NCBI GenBank assembly: GCA_965219455.1
Contig: OZ244744.1
Coordinates: 3,616,001 to 3,680,000 of the forward strand
Direction of reading: 5' to 3'
From: Candidatus Latescibacterota bacterium
Lineage (GTDB): Bacteria > Latescibacterota > UBA2968 > GCA-2709665
Length of the DNA: 64,000 bases
Shown here: positions 45,604-55,974 of the stretch, piece by piece
How the letters are laid out: every line of letters starts with the position of its first letter
How positions within the stretch are numbered: the first letter of the stretch is position 1
Translations under genes and position numbers: made by a program
Notes under the pieces: generated by a model
Seen by the model: the letters and a program-made list of their open reading frames with translations, nothing else
Database searches by the model: none
What the model was told of the DNA's origin: nothing

Positions 45604-47331
45604 TCATTTCTCGCCGAGGCGGTTGAGGGCCGCACGGGCTTCCTCGTCGGCAGGGTCGAGCGCCAGAACGCGCTTTAACGCCTGCCGGGCCGCATCGATC
45701 CGTCCGGCCCGTTCGTACAGCGCGGCCAGCGACCGGTGCGCCGCGACAATGCGGGTGTCCCGTCGAATCGCCTGCTCGAACGCGGCCGCAGCCTCCCGCC
45801 ACCGCCGCTGGCGCTCGTGGACCGCGCCCAGGGCCAGAAAGTGGCCCGGCGACGGCGAGAGCCGTATCGCCCGTTTCAGCGCCCGCTCGGCGGTTCCCAT
45901 GTCGCCGATTTCCGCTGCCGCCATGGCCAGCCGGACGTACGCGCCGGTGAACGTGCTGTCCCGCCCGACGGCTCTGGCAAACGCGTCTGCGGCTTCTCTG
46001 GCGCGCCCCCGCGCGGCGTAGATCCGCCCGAGGCGATCGTGTAATTCGGGGTCTTCAGGGCGACGGAGAACGGCCCGCTCCAGAACGTCCAGCTTGTGCC
46101 CTTCTCCGGACAGCCGCTCGAATTCATCCAGTTCCCGCCTTCCTTCTTCGGTACGTCCCTGAAGGATGCAGGCGCGTCCCAGGCCGTAGCGGGCCCTGGC
46201 GTGATCCGCATCCAGCGCAATTGCACGCCGGAATGCCGCTTCGGCTTCGGACAGGCGGCCCAGCCTCAGCAGAACGTCGCCAATGCCGAAATGGGCGTCC
46301 GTATGCGCCGGCGCGTACCGGACGGCCTCACGGTACGAATCTACGGCTTTCAGATCCTGCCCAAGAACGGCGTATGCCTCCGCAAGCGCCGACCGCGCGT
46401 CGGCGAAGTCCGGCGCCAGCCGGATTGCCCGGCCGAACGCGGGAACGGCCTCCTTCGTCCGTCCGAGAAGGAGCAGCGCCCGGCCCAGCAGAAACGGCGC
46501 GTCCACGTTCGAAGCGTCAGCCCGCTCGGACCTCCGGAACGCGTCTGCGGCCCGCGATGAGTTTCCCCGAGCGGCTTCCACGTCTCCCAGTCCCTGCCAG
46601 GCGGTCGAGGAACCGGGGTCCACGGCAGCGGCGCGGGCGTATGCCTCCAGCGCCAGTTCCAGGTAGCGTTGGCGTTTGTAGCAGGCGGCCAGTTCCAGCC
46701 AGGCCGGCAGAAGGCCGGGGTCCAACGATACCGCCCGTTTCAAGGCGGCTACGCCAGCCTTCACGTCGTCCCTCTTCAGTTCAACGGCGCCGAGGCGGTA
46801 ACGGAGCTCGGCGCTGCCGGGCGCCAGGTCGACCGCCCGATTGAACGCCGCCGCCGCCGCTGCGAGGTCGTTTCGGGCCACCGCGAGAAGGCCAAGCGCC
46901 CGGTGTGCGTCGGGCAGGCCGGGGGCCAGATCCACGGCACGCCGATACGCCCGTTCCGCATCGGCCAGTTTTCCGTTCCGCTGGTAGACGGCCCCCAGCA
47001 CGACGTGGGTGTGCCGGTAATCCGGTTCCAGGCGTGCGGCACGTTCCAGCATCCGGGCCGCTTCGTCCAGCCGGCCCATCTGCGCGGTAAGGATGCCGAA
47101 GTTGTGCCACACCTGCGAAGATTCCGGCGCCAGTTCCGCGGCCCGAGCCATTTTCCTTGAAGCTTCATCCAGCCGGCCCGCACCGGCATGCCTGAGACCG
47201 GCTTCGAGCGCCTCCCGCGCGGCGGGCGGCATTGCCGTTGCCGCACCCGTAAGGTCGAAGCACAGTGTGGCGGCGCAGAAAACCGCCAGGATGAGAGCCG
47301 CCCTCCGGGCGCGGCCGCCCGTCCTGTCCAT
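45604..47331 (-). CDS. Tetratricopeptide-repeat protein with signal peptide
   Basis: More than 12 TPR-like units (A..LAP...AH..LG). Confidence 0.9.
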   Translation of the reverse strand: MDRTGGRARRAALILAVFCAATLCFDLTGAATAMPPAAREALEAGLRHAGAGRLDEASRKMARAAELAPESSQVWHNFGILTAQMGRLDEAARMLERAARLEPDYRHTHVVLGAVYQRNGKLADAERAYRRAVDLAPGLPDAHRALGLLAVARNDLAAAAAAFNRAVDLAPGSAELRYRLGAVELKRDDVKAGVAALKRAVSLDPGLLPAWLELAACYKRQRYLELALEAYARAAAVDPGSSTAWQGLGDVEAARGNSSRAADAFRRSERADASNVDAPFLLGRALLLLGRTKEAVPAFGRAIRLAPDFADARSALAEAYAVLGQDLKAVDSYREAVRYAPAHTDAHFGIGDVLLRLGRLSEAEAAFRRAIALDADHARARYGLGRACILQGRTEEGRRELDEFERLSGEGHKLDVLERAVLRRPEDPELHDRLGRIYAARGRAREAADAFARAVGRDSTFTGAYVRLAMAAAEIGDMGTAERALKRAIRLSPSPGHFLALGAVHERQRRWREAAAAFEQAIRRDTRIVAAHRSLAALYERAGRIDAARQALKRVLALDPADEEARAALNRLGEK

Positions 47332-47651
47332 GGGGACCATCCTTTCCTGCGATTCATGCACATCGGGCCTGCCTGGATCCGTCCGCGTGAAAGATACTTC
47401 CGGACTCCGAAACGGCGCAACTGAAAAACAGCCAACCATCGAGGTCTTTCTGCCAACGACGATGGACTCTATGAACCCTCGTTTTTTTGCTTGTTTTTTG
47501 TTTAACCGATCTTATATTTGTTTTATAACTAGGATGCATTCAGGATGTCCGACAAGGAATCCTGAAGGGGTTTATCGGTTACAGGATCTGTCGTGACGAC
47601 GCATCAGACGGGTCATCACATGGCCGCAGTCGGAAAAGGAGGTCCGCTGTT

Positions 47652-48389
47652 ATGAGAGCAACCGGCATTCTCAGATTGGCGCTTGGATCGGTCCTGGGCG
47701 TGTATTATCTGTTCGGACTCGGCCTGGCGCCCGCCTCGCAGGCGCAGGAGTTGCGCTACGCGCTTGGCGTCCACGGGTCGGTGCTGCGCCCGGCGGGGCC
47801 GCTCAAGGGCTGGTACAATACCTCGCCGGCGTTTGTCGGGCATTTGACGTATCAGGTTTCCGACAGAACGATGACGGAAGTCGAAGTGACGTACTCGCCA
47901 CTCTCAGACGCCGGATTGTCCGGCCGGTCGTTCACCTGGCACAACGGCCTGGGCGCGGCAAACGGTTCCTCGGTAAAAAGCCCGGGCGCCGAGGCCAGTA
48001 TGTGGATGGGAGGCATCGTGGTCAACGGTCTCCGGACGTTCCAGCCGGACGAGCCGGGCCGCAGTGTTCCCTACATCGCGGCCGGTATCGGCTTTCTCAA
48101 GTATACCCACGAGGTGTCGGGCCTGATCTGGCCGGGACAGGTGGGTGAGCAGATCCGGACGGATTCACAGAGCACGGTGGAAACCACGGTTGACGAAGAC
48201 GTGGCGCTGTCGATCAACACCGGGTTGGGTTTCTACCGCCGCACGTCCGATAAATTCCTGGTGGATTTTCGGATCCGGTGGAACGTATCGATGGGCGAAC
48301 TCAGGCCCTACGAGGACTGGGACCTGAAGAAGACGTTTCCGATTTTCAGTTTCAACCTCATGGTCGGAATCAAGTATTTCATGCGATAA
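47652..48389 (+). CDS. Outer-membrane beta-barrel protein (8-stranded type)
   Basis: Signal peptide, PYIAAGIG, C-terminal FNLMVGIKYF. Confidence 0.75.
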   Translation: MRATGILRLALGSVLGVYYLFGLGLAPASQAQELRYALGVHGSVLRPAGPLKGWYNTSPAFVGHLTYQVSDRTMTEVEVTYSPLSDAGLSGRSFTWHNGLGAANGSSVKSPGAEASMWMGGIVVNGLRTFQPDEPGRSVPYIAAGIGFLKYTHEVSGLIWPGQVGEQIRTDSQSTVETTVDEDVALSINTGLGFYRRTSDKFLVDFRIRWNVSMGELRPYEDWDLKKTFPIFSFNLMVGIKYFMR

Positions 48390-49061
48390 ATGAACACACG
48401 GGCCGGATCGTTTATTTTTCTCATCGTTTTCGCGGCTGGTTGGGGCAGGGAGGGCGAGGCGCGGCCGAAACGGGTCTTTCAGGTTCCCAACGCCAGCGCC
48501 GCGCAATGCCGCACCTGCCACGTCGACCGGGGCATAACAACGACCCGGCTCGATATTCCGCTTTCCGAGACGACGCATGAAGCCACTAACGAAGGGGACG
48601 CCATCTGTGCCAGTTGTCACACCTACACGGGCGGGGGCGGTCCGCTTAATGCCTTCGGCGTTACGATAAAGAAGAGGTTTCTGTCCGAGGCCGGATATTC
48701 CGGAAACGTAATGTGGGGGCCAAGCCTGGCGAAGCTAGACTCGGACCGGGACGGATTCACGAACGGAAACGAACTTGGCGATCCGGCGGGCAACTGGCTT
48801 CCTGGCGACCCGGCGCCGGGCCGGTGGTTGTCGCTCAGCAATCCAGGGCTTTTCAACAGCGTTCCGGTGCATTCGCGTCACCGGTCCGACTTCAACGCAG
48901 ACGGGAAGGTCGATTTTGCGGACTTCTCAAACTTCGCGGCGGCATTCGGCAGGAGCCAGGGCGATGCCGATTTCAATCCGATTTTCGACCTGAACGGTGA
49001 TGGAGCGGTCAATTTCGAGGACTTTATTCAATTCGCCGGGGATTTTGGAGCGGGAGCATGA
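48390..49061 (+). CDS. Secreted diheme c-type protein with temptin-like domain and EF-hand/dockerin repeats
   Basis: CRTCH, CASCH; GGGPLNAFG...W...DSDRDGFTNGNELGDP; DFNADGKVDFADF, DLNGDGAVNFEDF. Confidence 0.75.
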   Translation: MNTRAGSFIFLIVFAAGWGREGEARPKRVFQVPNASAAQCRTCHVDRGITTTRLDIPLSETTHEATNEGDAICASCHTYTGGGGPLNAFGVTIKKRFLSEAGYSGNVMWGPSLAKLDSDRDGFTNGNELGDPAGNWLPGDPAPGRWLSLSNPGLFNSVPVHSRHRSDFNADGKVDFADFSNFAAAFGRSQGDADFNPIFDLNGDGAVNFEDFIQFAGDFGAGA

Positions 49062-49247
49062 ATTAACTCAGACCCGTTTGCCGACGTGGAGGACTGCCTA
49101 TGGATAGGACCACAGATCGAGGGATTGGGGCGGTTAGAACTTAAACTAAACTGAGCGTTCCATTCGCATATCCGACGCTGGCAATGCCCGGCTTCGGGCG
49201 TTGATCGGCCGGATGGACGATAGGTTCTTCAGCAAAGGAGTTGGCGT

Positions 49248-52200
49248 ATGAGGCGTGAATTAGTGGTTTTGGGCACAATCGCGGTGCTAAGCCTGCTGGT
49301 CGGGCAGGCGCGGTCCCAGACCTTCTACGGAAAGATTACCGGACAGGTGACCGACGCGGACGGCGGTGCCTTGCCGGGAGCCAACGTGGTGGTCGAAGGG
49401 ACGCGCTTCGGAGCGACGTCCGACAACGAGGGGTATTACATCATTATCGGCGTCGAGCCCGGGTTATACACCCTGAAGGCATCGATGGTTGGATACGAGA
49501 CGGTCGTCCGGGAGCGGGCACGGGTGGCGGCGGGCCTGACCACCGTGTCCGATTTCACGCTCCGGGAATCGGCGCTCGAGGCCGCCGAGATTGTGGTGAG
49601 GGCCGAGCGACCCCTGGTGGAGGTGGACCGGACCTCCAGCGAGGCGAAGATCTCCTCGCAGGAAATTGCGCAGGTCCCGATTATCAGGGGAGTAAAGGAG
49701 CACCTGCAGTACGCCGTGGGAACGAATGTGAACGACAGCCCGGGCAACGGCGTGCGCATCCGTCATATGAGCTATTATTCGATGCGTGCGGCGCAGACCT
49801 GGACTTTCGACGGCATTGAATTGATGAACCTGGATACGTCCCAGCAGACGGCCCCCCGGCAATACACGAACCTGCCGGTGACCGCCGTCGGGGAGATGGG
49901 GCTGGTCAGGGGCGGGGCCGACGCCTCGCAGGCCTCGTCGCCCGCGGGTGTGGTGAACATCATCAGCAGGGAGGGCACGCGGATTTACCGCGGCGGCGTC
50001 GACCTCAGGGTGGAAATGCCCGGGAAGCGGCACCGCGGATCCAACGTGTACGACGCCACCCCCGGGCAGCGAGGCGGGGCGAACGGGTACTGGCGCGACA
50101 GGCTGCAGTGGAATAATTCTGAATGGGTGAACGAGAAAGATCCTGACACCGGACAGTTGATCCATGTCAAGCAGGACTACGAGAGTTCAGTCGGACACCT
50201 CGTGGAGGGATGGGTCACCGGGCCTCTGGGCGAAAACGCCACCTTTGTGGTGAGCGGGAAAACCAGCCGCGCCAAACAGAATCTGCCCGCGCCTACGCTG
50301 ACGGGGCTGCGCCAACACAGCATCTTCGGAAAAATCAGCTTCACCCCGTCGCCCAACCTCAAAGTCAAAGTAGGGTTCAACCAATCCAACGAGCCGACGT
50401 TCTTCGGCGACGCCAACCGGTCGGTCGGGGGCAACCTCTTCCTGATCAACGGCACGACGGGTTACCAGCAGAACCGGGTCAACCGGATTTTCTACGTGAC
50501 GGGCACGCAGAGTATCAATCCCAGAATGTTCCACGAATTCCAGGTGGGTTTCTATGGTACCAAGACCGATCCGGGCGAAGTCGTACCTTCCACCACAACG
50601 TCCTGGCGACGGGACAAACTGGGTCAGTTCAATTTAGACCGGGACCGCCGGCGCATCGTGGTGGAAGACAACCGCCGGTACAACTTCCGCTACGACTTCA
50701 CCGGGCAACTCACCCGGCGGAATCTGTTCAAGGCCGGTTTTGTCTTTCAGAACATGAACAACCTCAACTGGGACTACAACCGGTCCAGCGCGACCAACGC
50801 CACGATCAAGATCATGGCAGGGAACAGCGAGCCCGGCAAGCGATACATGGTGAACCGACTGGCGGCGTACATCGACGAAAAACTGGAATTCCAGGGCCTG
50901 GTGGTGCACGCAGGCCTGCGTTTCGACAGTTTCTGGGGCGGTCCCGAGCGGACGTTGTCCGGCTTTATGAAGGCATTGCCGGGGTGGAGAACCTATAAGG
51001 CCTGGCGCACCGGGCGGGTGCCGCTGGCGCAAACCCGGCCGATGACCAGCCTGTCGCCGCGGATCGGTCTGTCCCACCCGATCACGGACCGGTCCACCGT
51101 GCGGTATTCGTACGGGGTGTACTACAAGCCGCCGCACTTTTCCCTCCTGTGGTTGGAGCCCTGGGCGACTTCCGACGCCGAGAACCACCCCGAACTGGAC
51201 GACGTCTGGTTCGATCTGAACTGGATCGGGGGCGGGCAGTGGCGACTGGACGGCGGTTACCAGGATCCGGGAGGTCTGCCGAATACGGCCGAGTTCGAGG
51301 TCACCGGCGAGTGGAATTTCATCAGCGATTTCGTCGTGGAGTTGTCCACCTACTATCGCCGGACGGAGAGGGTAGGTTCGGGCGGGGTGCACCGCTTCCA
51401 GGACCCCGTGCAGACACTTACCTACGTGGGCCACCGGGGTCCGAACGCCCGCCTCGAAACCAAGGGAATCGAGATGGGGTTTACCAAGGCCTTTTCTCAT
51501 AATTTCTCCTTCCGGGTGGGTCTCGACGTGAGTTGGGCGCTCTTCAACTGGTCGGGTGGATCCCAGCTTCAGGTCTGGACGTACCCCGACTCCAACTACA
51601 TCGCCAGTTCGAATTACTTCACGGTCGATGCGAATGACGAAATTGTTCGTCTGACGGACGACGAAATCCGGACGATCGGCCACAGGGCGAACGAAGTGCT
51701 CCGGAAAAAGCGACAAGAGGGGACGACGTTCGTCGGGGCGTGGGGAACAAACCGGATCGATGCGATACGTCCCTGGTATGAATATCCCGGCCTCAGCGAA
51801 TCCGAGAAGCAGGACATGCAGAACCTCTGGTTCGCGGACGTCTGGCGCCAGGTGGACGCGTTCCGCGGGCAGCCGCCGACCACGAATGCCTCCTTCCAGT
51901 TCCTCTGGTCCACGCCGATGGACTGGGGGCCGGGCGGAGACGTTGGCGGCGCCAGGATCCTGGGCGGCATCCAGGCCAACGTGGTCTGGCGGCTGGACAA
52001 CGGCCGGCAGTTCCAGATCACCCTGCCGGGAACGAGCGTGCAGACGGCGCGGAACCGGCCGGTTTTCGTTCGGACGGACCTGAACTTCCAGAAGTCGTTC
52101 CGGATTGGTACAACCACCCCCACGATGTACGTGGAGGTATTCAACCTCTTCAACACCTTCTATGACCCCTCCTCCGGCTCCAGTTACGTCCGATGGGGTT

Positions 52201-52310
52201 TGAAGAATCCCACGCCGAACGACACCAACTATCTGAAGTACGGCGACTCGAACTTCAGACGAGGCGGCACGCCGCGGTACGTGAACATGGGGTTGCGGAT
52301 CGGCTTCTAG
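49248..52310 (+). CDS. TonB-dependent receptor with N-terminal carboxypeptidase-regulatory-like domain
   Basis: GKITGQVTD...LPGANVVVEGT, plug region, EVFNLFN, C-terminal PRYVNMGLRIGF; RBS AAGGAG. Confidence 0.9.
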   Translation: MRRELVVLGTIAVLSLLVGQARSQTFYGKITGQVTDADGGALPGANVVVEGTRFGATSDNEGYYIIIGVEPGLYTLKASMVGYETVVRERARVAAGLTTVSDFTLRESALEAAEIVVRAERPLVEVDRTSSEAKISSQEIAQVPIIRGVKEHLQYAVGTNVNDSPGNGVRIRHMSYYSMRAAQTWTFDGIELMNLDTSQQTAPRQYTNLPVTAVGEMGLVRGGADASQASSPAGVVNIISREGTRIYRGGVDLRVEMPGKRHRGSNVYDATPGQRGGANGYWRDRLQWNNSEWVNEKDPDTGQLIHVKQDYESSVGHLVEGWVTGPLGENATFVVSGKTSRAKQNLPAPTLTGLRQHSIFGKISFTPSPNLKVKVGFNQSNEPTFFGDANRSVGGNLFLINGTTGYQQNRVNRIFYVTGTQSINPRMFHEFQVGFYGTKTDPGEVVPSTTTSWRRDKLGQFNLDRDRRRIVVEDNRRYNFRYDFTGQLTRRNLFKAGFVFQNMNNLNWDYNRSSATNATIKIMAGNSEPGKRYMVNRLAAYIDEKLEFQGLVVHAGLRFDSFWGGPERTLSGFMKALPGWRTYKAWRTGRVPLAQTRPMTSLSPRIGLSHPITDRSTVRYSYGVYYKPPHFSLLWLEPWATSDAENHPELDDVWFDLNWIGGGQWRLDGGYQDPGGLPNTAEFEVTGEWNFISDFVVELSTYYRRTERVGSGGVHRFQDPVQTLTYVGHRGPNARLETKGIEMGFTKAFSHNFSFRVGLDVSWALFNWSGGSQLQVWTYPDSNYIASSNYFTVDANDEIVRLTDDEIRTIGHRANEVLRKKRQEGTTFVGAWGTNRIDAIRPWYEYPGLSESEKQDMQNLWFADVWRQVDAFRGQPPTTNASFQFLWSTPMDWGPGGDVGGARILGGIQANVVWRLDNGRQFQITLPGTSVQTARNRPVFVRTDLNFQKSFRIGTTTPTMYVEVFNLFNTFYDPSSGSSYVRWGLKNPTPNDTNYLKYGDSNFRRGGTPRYVNMGLRIGF

Positions 52311-52371
52311 AGATGGCTACGATGCCGTGGCGGCGCGGCCGCCACGGCACAAACTGGCGGGGAGAAATTCA

Positions 52372-54900
52372 ATGAGACGCATATACTCGTTCACAGGCGC
52401 GCTCCTGATCGCAGGCGTGTTCTGGATTCCGGCCGAGGGTCAGCGCGCGACCTTCACCAACGCGGCCGGTGAATCGCTGACGCCCCGGCACCTCGCGCGC
52501 GGCACCCTCTGGCACAGCTTTCTAAGCACGGGCGCCGAAGGGGCTCGGCCGGTGGAAGGGAACTATGCCGGCCTCTACCTGGATCTGGCCTATCCCGGGT
52601 TCGCGCTGATCAGTTGGGGCGGCGGCGGAACGAACGACTTTTCCTCCTATTACGGGGATCAGCGTAGCGCCGGGAGCATGCACGTCGACCTCACGTCGCA
52701 CAACGGCCGCGGCCATGGGTGGTGGATCGCCACGAAGGTGAACGGCCAGGCCGAGGTGAGTTGGGCCGATCCCCTCATCGCGGCGATGGAGGAAAGCGAA
52801 GACGTGGTGGCGATGGCGGTGGATCCCGGCGTGGACTTCAAGGGCCGGTACGCGGGGCTGGGCAACGACGTGGTCAGCCCTAATTCGGGGCGTTCGATGG
52901 CCAACTGGTGGCCCGGTACCGGGGTCGAACTGGATGCGCTGGAACCCAGGGAAATTCTGAACTACCGCATCGGCCAGTACAACGACGTTTCTGTTGACAA
53001 CTTTCCGGAAGACATTGTTCTGAGCAAGTGGACCACCGGGCTGGGCATCACCGGAGAAAAAGCGGCCTTTGCGTGGAACCACCCGGACTACGACGATTTC
53101 GTGATCACCGAGTGGGTGTTCGAAAATACCGGCGATACCGACGGCGACCGGGCGGCTGACCTTGCGGGCGGCGGGCACAATCTCAGCAACGTCTATTTTT
53201 CGTTCCACCACCGCTTCATGACGTCTTCCGCGGGCGTCTCCCGGACGAGCTACAGGGCTTATTATTCCGACTACGGCACGGGAGACGGTTGCAGCAGCAA
53301 TTTCGGACCCCTGGACAATTCCCAGGACGACAAGATCAAGTATACCGAAGCACCGAATTACGACGGTCCGGCCTCTGCCCGCGGCCTGCGGCTGACCTAC
53401 CAGTACGACTGGGACAATTTCTGCCTTACCGGGCCGCTGTCCGACGATATCGGCGACCCGTATCGCTCCGAACACAGGTGCGCCCAGTGCACCTTCCCGA
53501 GCCTGACCGGCGTTGGGGACCTGACGTCCCCCGCCTGGATCGGCAAGGCCCCCATCGACGTGGATCCGACGGACGGGTTCGTGGGCGATCCTGAGGTCTA
53601 CGAGGCGCCGAAGGTGGCGGAACAGCCATTCTCGTACAATTTCTTCCATTTCCTGTACCGATATCCGTCCAGTGCGTCGGATGCCGTCGGGTTCCTTACG
53701 GACGAACCGAACCCGAACGAGATGAACCATGAAACGCTTTACCAGATGCTCGTCAGTACGCCGGAACCGTCGTATTTCGACCAGCCGCTTCTGGAGCGTC
53801 CGAGCCGGGGGTCCGGCAACCCCAACCTGGGCGTGCCGCTGCTGCCGGTTCCGGACGTCCCGGTAGGCCCCATGCCGTATATGCCGATCCCCGCGTGGGA
53901 GTGGGAGGGGCGGCACGGGATCGCCGCGGCCTACACCCCCGTGGAAACCTACGGCCCCTACGATCTGGCGCCTGGCCAGAAGGTGAAGTTCGTGTTCGCC
54001 TACGTCGCGGCGGCTCCCGTTACGGAGAATTTCCGGGCTTTCCAGAAGTCGGGAGACAGCAGCGAACTCAAGAAGGAAGAGAATGGGGTCGCGTTCACCA
54101 ACCTGCTCAACCACCTGAATAAGGCCAAGGAGGCCTACGCGCTGGGTTACGACCTGCCCAATCAGCCTCCCGACGTGGACGCTATGGTGACTTCCTCGGA
54201 GAACGCGCGAAACCTCATCACCTGGAGCGGCGATCCCGAGAAGTCGATCAATCCGGATACCGGCCAGTCCGACGTGGCGGGCTACCGGGTGTACCAGTCC
54301 GAGACGCAGCCCGGGATCTGGAAGCTCATCGAGGACGTATCGGCTACAGGCGCGCAGGACTACGCGTATGAGGATACGGAATCGCTCGCCGGATTTCAGT
54401 ACTACTACGCCGTGCGTTCCTACCAGGGCAGCGGTAACACCGGATTCGCCAGCCGCGTAACCGGCGCCACGGTGGAGGGAGGGGTCGGGGCCTACGAGTC
54501 GGGCATCGGAGACGTTTCCACCTACTATCTGCCCCCCTCGGGGTCGGCGCCAGACAGCCCGGTGCAGGTGCCCACGGCAAGCGCGGACCGGCTGGAAAAG
54601 GACATCCTCATTGTGCCGAATCCCTACATCCCCAAGGCGCCGCACAGCTACGAGGGCTCAACCAAGATCCGCATCCTGAACGTTCCGAGGAAGGCGAAGA
54701 TCAGAATCTTCTCCGTGGCCGGCGACCTGGTGGGCGAGGTGGACCACGATTCGCAGACAGAGGGTGAGGCCGCCTTCTTCCAGTTCAACAGAACGCATAT
54801 CACGCAGTTGACCTTCGGCGTCTACTTTGTCACCGTCGAGTCCCTGTTGCCGGGGACCGAGGGCCAGGTGAAGGGCGCCAAGCTGGTCATCATTCGTTAA
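52372..54900 (+). CDS. Large secreted protein with Fn3-like domain and T9SS-type C-terminal sorting domain
   Basis: Signal peptide; DVAGYRVY; C-terminal IVPNPY...KIRIFSVAGDLV...FGVYFV...KLVIIR. Confidence 0.8.
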   Translation: MRRIYSFTGALLIAGVFWIPAEGQRATFTNAAGESLTPRHLARGTLWHSFLSTGAEGARPVEGNYAGLYLDLAYPGFALISWGGGGTNDFSSYYGDQRSAGSMHVDLTSHNGRGHGWWIATKVNGQAEVSWADPLIAAMEESEDVVAMAVDPGVDFKGRYAGLGNDVVSPNSGRSMANWWPGTGVELDALEPREILNYRIGQYNDVSVDNFPEDIVLSKWTTGLGITGEKAAFAWNHPDYDDFVITEWVFENTGDTDGDRAADLAGGGHNLSNVYFSFHHRFMTSSAGVSRTSYRAYYSDYGTGDGCSSNFGPLDNSQDDKIKYTEAPNYDGPASARGLRLTYQYDWDNFCLTGPLSDDIGDPYRSEHRCAQCTFPSLTGVGDLTSPAWIGKAPIDVDPTDGFVGDPEVYEAPKVAEQPFSYNFFHFLYRYPSSASDAVGFLTDEPNPNEMNHETLYQMLVSTPEPSYFDQPLLERPSRGSGNPNLGVPLLPVPDVPVGPMPYMPIPAWEWEGRHGIAAAYTPVETYGPYDLAPGQKVKFVFAYVAAAPVTENFRAFQKSGDSSELKKEENGVAFTNLLNHLNKAKEAYALGYDLPNQPPDVDAMVTSSENARNLITWSGDPEKSINPDTGQSDVAGYRVYQSETQPGIWKLIEDVSATGAQDYAYEDTESLAGFQYYYAVRSYQGSGNTGFASRVTGATVEGGVGAYESGIGDVSTYYLPPSGSAPDSPVQVPTASADRLEKDILIVPNPYIPKAPHSYEGSTKIRILNVPRKAKIRIFSVAGDLVGEVDHDSQTEGEAAFFQFNRTHITQLTFGVYFVTVESLLPGTEGQVKGAKLVIIR

Positions 54901-54910
54901 GGAGGTCGCC

Positions 54911-55885
54911 ATGAGGCGCATTTATAAGATCGGATTTACGGCGCTCTTCGGCGTCCTCGTTCTCGGCGTCCCGGCGTTGGCCGAAATCTCGAACCAGACC
55001 CCGGTGGGCGAGACCTACGCAGCCTTCCTGGAGATCTCCCAAAGCGCACGCGCCGCCGGGATGGGAGACGCCTACGTGGCCGTGGCAGACGACATCAATG
55101 CAGCGTTCTGGAATCCGGCCGGGCTCACGGCCATGGCGCGCAACCGGTTTCAATTCGCCTTCACCAACACGAAGTGGCTCCTGGATTCCCAATTGAACTC
55201 CGTAGCGGTAGGGGTCAATACCGATTACGGCGCCCTGGCACTGAGTCTGGTTGCATTCAACACCGGCGATATCGAGGAGACGACCATATTCGATCCCGAG
55301 GGAACGGGCCGGATTCTGGACACCGGAAGCTGGGCCCTGGGCGGACTCTATGCCAAGCAGTTTACAGAGCGTTTCTCCGTGGGGTTTCAGGCGCGGGTGA
55401 TCGAGGAAAAGCTCGACAGGGGCTACGACTACCGCGTTTTCGACCTGGCGGTCGGGACCTTCTACCATACCGGCTACCGAAGCCTGCGTATCGGCATGTC
55501 GTTGCGCAACTTCGGAAAGGACCTTGTGCTCCTGACGGACGAGGCCATCAAGGGTAAGATGCCCGTCTTCTTCAGCCTGGCGACGGCTGCGGAGGTGTAC
55601 GGAGAACGCGGCGAGGACGTCTCGCTCACCGGAGCGCTCGAAGCACTCTACAGCGTGAGCGTCGAGCGGCGGGTGCACGCGGGTGCCGAACTCTGGCTGC
55701 GGAACATCGTTGCGCTTCGGGCCGGGTACAAGCTGGGGTACGACGCTCAGGACTTTACAGCCGGGGCGGGGGTACGGCTGCAGCGGGGCATACACCACGT
55801 GCAGGCGGACTTCGCCTTCGTTAAGTTCGACAAATTTCCCGACAACGGTACGACCCTGCGGTTCTCGGTGACAGGATCGTTCTGA
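54911..55885 (+). CDS. PorV/PorQ-family (FadL-like) outer-membrane barrel
   Basis: AFLEI..SARAAGMGDAYVAVADDINAAFWNPAGL; ALRAGY; terminal Phe. Confidence 0.88.
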   Translation: MRRIYKIGFTALFGVLVLGVPALAEISNQTPVGETYAAFLEISQSARAAGMGDAYVAVADDINAAFWNPAGLTAMARNRFQFAFTNTKWLLDSQLNSVAVGVNTDYGALALSLVAFNTGDIEETTIFDPEGTGRILDTGSWALGGLYAKQFTERFSVGFQARVIEEKLDRGYDYRVFDLAVGTFYHTGYRSLRIGMSLRNFGKDLVLLTDEAIKGKMPVFFSLATAAEVYGERGEDVSLTGALEALYSVSVERRVHAGAELWLRNIVALRAGYKLGYDAQDFTAGAGVRLQRGIHHVQADFAFVKFDKFPDNGTTLRFSVTGSF

Positions 55886-55974
55886 TTTCGGGGAAGCGCA
55901 ATTGGATGGAACCCGTTAGGCGGCTTCTGAGAGCGACAGGGCCGCCTAACTGTTTACGGAGGATATGAGGGCAA

